From: Candidatus Brocadiia bacterium
GTDB taxonomy: Bacteria > Planctomycetota > Brocadiia > CAIUPP01
Length of the DNA: 17,559 nucleotides
Reading direction: 5' to 3'
Assembly: GCA_050015075.1 (NCBI GenBank)
Contig: JBEKCB010000054.1
Location: 1 to 17,559 of the forward strand
The notes below the pieces were generated by a model, which was not told the origin of the DNA, made no database searches, and saw nothing but the letters and a program-made list of their open reading frames with translations. Position numbers and translations under genes: made by a program. Positions 14,765 to 17,559 of this stretch are shown here, piece by piece; position 1 is the stretch's first letter, and each line of letters starts with the position of its first letter.

Positions 14765-16603
14765 TCATTCCTTCCGGTCCGCAGCCTGGGTGAGGTCCTC
14801 GACCAACTTCCGCGCCGGCCGGCCGCCCAGTTTTTGACATATCTTCACGTCCGCCAGGCCCTTGGCGTATTCCTTCAAATAGAGATAAGCGACGGCGCGA
14901 TCGTTGTAGGCCTCGGCCAAGTTCTCATTCAGCGCAATGGCGTGGGTGTAATCGCGGACGGCGTCGGCGTAGCGACGGGCCCGGACCTGGACGTTGCCGC
15001 GCTCGCAGTAAGCCACTGCGAAGTCCGGCCGCAGCACGATCGCCCGGTCATAATCGCCCATCGCCTCATCGAGCCGGTTCGAATCGGCATGGAGGCGGCC
15101 GCGCAAGATCCACGCCTCGGCATAATCCGCTCTGGATGCAATCGCCAGGTCGTAGTCGCGCAGCGCCAGATCGCGCCGCCCCAGGCTGTACCAGGCCGCG
15201 CCGCGGGTCGCATATGCCTCCGCGTAGTCCGGCTTCAGTGCAATGGCTTTTTCACAGTAGCCGATGGCTTCCTTGGATAATTCCGCGGCCTGCGCGGGCT
15301 GCTGTGCGGCTTCGGCTCTCTCTTTCACGCAGACGGCCAGATTATTCCAGGCCATCCATGCGGCGGGATTCTTGCGGACCGTATCCCGCCAGACCGTTTC
15401 AGCGTCGCGATAGATGAGCGACTGGTTCCACGTGGCCGCGGCCAGAACCGCGACGAGCGCCGCGGCCGCTGCGATCTCAACTTTCCTAATCGCGCCGCGG
15501 CGCTCCGCGTGGCCCGCGAGCACGCCGCCGGCCAGCGCGGCGATCCCGATCATGGCCGTGTATTGCCAGTGATCCGCCACCAGCGAGTACCGCATGAAGT
15601 AGATATTCATGAACCCGGCCACAGGCGCCAGGCTGACGAGAAAGTACCCGAACCCGAAGAGAAGCGGCCGCCCCCAGCCTCGACGGTTCCGCCAGAGGAC
15701 GATGAGCAGCGCCAGGAGCAGCAGGTCGGGCACGAACGAGAGGAAAGAGACGCCCAGCGCCCAGCGCGGATACACAAAGCAAAGTTTCGCCGGAAGCAGC
15801 GCCTTGTAGAGATAGAACCAGGACGCCCAGCCGGCGCCGGCCGTCCGAGCGAGAAAACCGTCCGTCCGAACGACTTCGGCGGCGATTGCTCGATTATACT
15901 GATACCAGACCGTCACCAGCGCGAGCGCGCCGGAAACCGCGGCAAATGGGGTCGCCCGCAGAATGTCCTTGCGCCCGATCCGGCCGCGCCGCCACCAGGC
16001 GCACAGCAGCAGGACCGCCGGCAGCATGATGACGGAAGTCTTCGCGAGCAGCGCCAGCAGGAACAAACCCAGCGTCACGACGTAAGCTCGCAGCGCGCCG
16101 TCCTCGTCGAATTTCAGGTACGCCAGGAGGCTGGCCATATAGAGGACCATCGCCAGCGTGTTCTTGCGCTCGGTGATCCAGGCGACGGATTCCACGTTGA
16201 CCGGGTGCACGGCGAAGATCAGGCCGGCCAGCCACGCGCCGGGCGCTTTCAGCCGCTTCAGCACTCGCCACAACAGCACCGCGCTCAGGGCGTGCAAAAG
16301 CACGTTGACGACGTGGTAGCGCGCCGGATTCATGCCCCACAGGCGCCATTCGAGCCAAAGGCTGGTGGACGTCAGCGGAAAATAATCCGGCGGGTCGGTG
16401 GTGAACCAGAGACGGCGCAATCCGTCCGGCGTCTTGATCAGGGGGTTCCGGGTCAGAAACGTGTCGTCGTTCCAGATGAAGCCGCCTCGCATCGCCGGGA
16501 GATACGCCAGGAGGGTGACCGCGACGAGCGCGACGGCCAGGAGGATCTGCCGCCGCCGCGGCGCACCGGCATTTCCCGTGTTCACGGCCGCTTGAAGGTC
16601 CAT
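14765..16603 (-). CDS. TMTC-like multi-pass membrane protein (GT-C/O-mannosyltransferase-like) with C-terminal TPRs
   Basis: GGFIWNDD, HVVNVLLH, FAVHPVNVESVAWITERKN, LLAK, VADHWQY, WRDTVRKNP, and TPR units (KAIALKPDYAEAY..RG). Confidence 0.85.
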   Translation of the reverse strand: MDLQAAVNTGNAGAPRRRQILLAVALVAVTLLAYLPAMRGGFIWNDDTFLTRNPLIKTPDGLRRLWFTTDPPDYFPLTSTSLWLEWRLWGMNPARYHVVNVLLHALSAVLLWRVLKRLKAPGAWLAGLIFAVHPVNVESVAWITERKNTLAMVLYMASLLAYLKFDEDGALRAYVVTLGLFLLALLAKTSVIMLPAVLLLCAWWRRGRIGRKDILRATPFAAVSGALALVTVWYQYNRAIAAEVVRTDGFLARTAGAGWASWFYLYKALLPAKLCFVYPRWALGVSFLSFVPDLLLLALLIVLWRNRRGWGRPLLFGFGYFLVSLAPVAGFMNIYFMRYSLVADHWQYTAMIGIAALAGGVLAGHAERRGAIRKVEIAAAAALVAVLAAATWNQSLIYRDAETVWRDTVRKNPAAWMAWNNLAVCVKERAEAAQQPAQAAELSKEAIGYCEKAIALKPDYAEAYATRGAAWYSLGRRDLALRDYDLAIASRADYAEAWILRGRLHADSNRLDEAMGDYDRAIVLRPDFAVAYCERGNVQVRARRYADAVRDYTHAIALNENLAEAYNDRAVAYLYLKEYAKGLADVKICQKLGGRPARKLVEDLTQAADRKE

Positions 16604-16611
16604 GGGCGCGT

Positions 16612-16640
16612 ATTCTATACCGTTGCCCGATCGCTATCAA
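16612..16640 (-). promoter_or_regulatory. Putative sigma70 promoter for the TMTC-like gene, likely leaderless
   Basis: TTGATA (16640-16635), 17-nt spacer, TAGAAT (16617-16612), ending 8 nt before the ATG. No Shine-Dalgarno. Confidence 0.55.
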
Positions 16641-16685
16641 AGATGAGTTGCCGACGGCCGGGGAATCTGCGATATAATGGCCGGC

Positions 16686-17288
16686 ATGATACGACCCATT
16701 GTGTTTCTGCTCCATCATACGCTGTACGCCGGCCTGGCCGCAGTGCTGTTCGCGGCGGGGATGGGCTGCGCGACGCCGGTGTATCAGCGGCGGGCGGAAT
16801 GGCTGCTCTCGTTCCCGCGGTGGGTCGCGCTCAAGCTGCGGGGAATCCGCGAAAAGAAGCCGTCGGTGCCGGCGCTGGGACTTTTCATCTTCGCGTTCAA
16901 CGGCGTCGCGATGCTGGTCTACATGCTGCTCGGGATCATTCCCGGCCTGGCCGCGGTCATCAGCTTCTTCACCGGACTGAACGTCATCCTGATCGGCCTC
17001 CTCGCGCACGAAATGCCGTGGGATGACGCCGCCCCGCGGCGCGCGCCGCCGATCTCCGTCCGCATCTGCGGCCTGCTGACGCTCCTCCTCGAACTGCCCT
17101 GCTTCTGGTACACGATGGGCATGACGCTCTGGATGACGCCGGGCCTCTTCGCAATGTGGCGGAGCGCGGACTGGTCCCCGATCGCGCAGCGCGTCACCGC
17201 CTACCTCACGGTCATCCTGCCGATCCTCTTCGTCTCGGCGATGGTCGAGGCGTACGCGGTGTCGTTTTCATACAGAGGCGGAGATTAG
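16686..17288 (+). CDS. Integral membrane protein, SpoIIM/DUF95-like
   Basis: Several hydrophobic helices, with IFAFN, LLELP and SAMVEAY resembling SpoIIM-family motifs. TATAAT (16673-16678) overlaps the first ATG, so 16686 is the preferred start. Confidence 0.6.
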   Translation: MIRPIVFLLHHTLYAGLAAVLFAAGMGCATPVYQRRAEWLLSFPRWVALKLRGIREKKPSVPALGLFIFAFNGVAMLVYMLLGIIPGLAAVISFFTGLNVILIGLLAHEMPWDDAAPRRAPPISVRICGLLTLLLELPCFWYTMGMTLWMTPGLFAMWRSADWSPIAQRVTAYLTVILPILFVSAMVEAYAVSFSYRGGD

Positions 17289-17358
17289 GTGATTGGGAGA
17301 TTGGGAAATAGCCTTCAGCGTTTTCCCAATTTCCTAATTTCCCAATCTCCCAATCACC
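17288..17358. repeat. Inverted-repeat element of 8-nt units between convergent genes (possible bidirectional terminator)
   Basis: Perfect 22-bp arms GGTGATTGGGAGATTGGGAAAT / ATTTCCCAATCTCCCAATCACC, with extra unit copies inside. Confidence 0.85.
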
Positions 17359-17559
17359 CCATAAACCGCCGGTGCCACAGCTCGAACATCAGCAGCGCCC
17401 AGAGCCGGTAACCGTGGTCAGCGCGCGCGGCGACGTGGTCTTCAACCAGTTGGCGGACGTACTCCGGCGCGAAATAGCCGCGGCGGAGCGTGGCTGGATC
17501 GAGCAGCGTCTCGCGCAGGTATCCCTGCAACTCGCCCCGGAACCAGTCTGAGATCGGCA
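17354..17559 (-). CDS. asnB: Asparagine synthase (glutamine-hydrolysing) family protein, C-terminal fragment
   Basis: Manual translation PISDWFRGELQGYLRETLLD...RRGYFAPEYVRQLVEDHVAARADHGYRLWALLMFELWHRRFMG* is a typical AsnB-family C-terminus. Confidence 0.8.
   Translation of the reverse strand, partial: PISDWFRGELQGYLRETLLDPATLRRGYFAPEYVRQLVEDHVAARADHGYRLWALLMFELWHRRFMG

Overview
GC-rich bacterial chromosomal window. The kdsB-pyrG-DUF1844 order, a CxCG zinc-ribbon regulator and a two-domain NDK suggest a PVC/Planctomycetota-like lineage (inference). Most genes are minus-strand housekeeping genes: partial zwf, tpx, an MBL-fold hydrolase, a two-domain NDK, dnaE, DUF1844, pyrG, kdsB, a GT4, a pseudo-receiver regulator, a TMTC-like TPR membrane protein and the partial 3' end of asnB. 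A small AT-richer insert (HEPN-MNT pair plus a GIY-YIG/T5orf172-type nuclease) lies upstream of dnaE. The main finding is at 1656..2465 (+). Two ORF-track fragments (1608..2015 and 2175..2465) are one reading frame interrupted only by a TGA at 2013-2015. That TGA sits in a U-G-C motif and is followed by a perfect hairpin matching the bacterial SECIS model, which points to a probably unannotated, exported 269-aa selenoprotein divergent from tpx-zwf. Several intergenic gaps also carry hairpin or repeat elements built from 7-, 8- or 9-nt periodic units.
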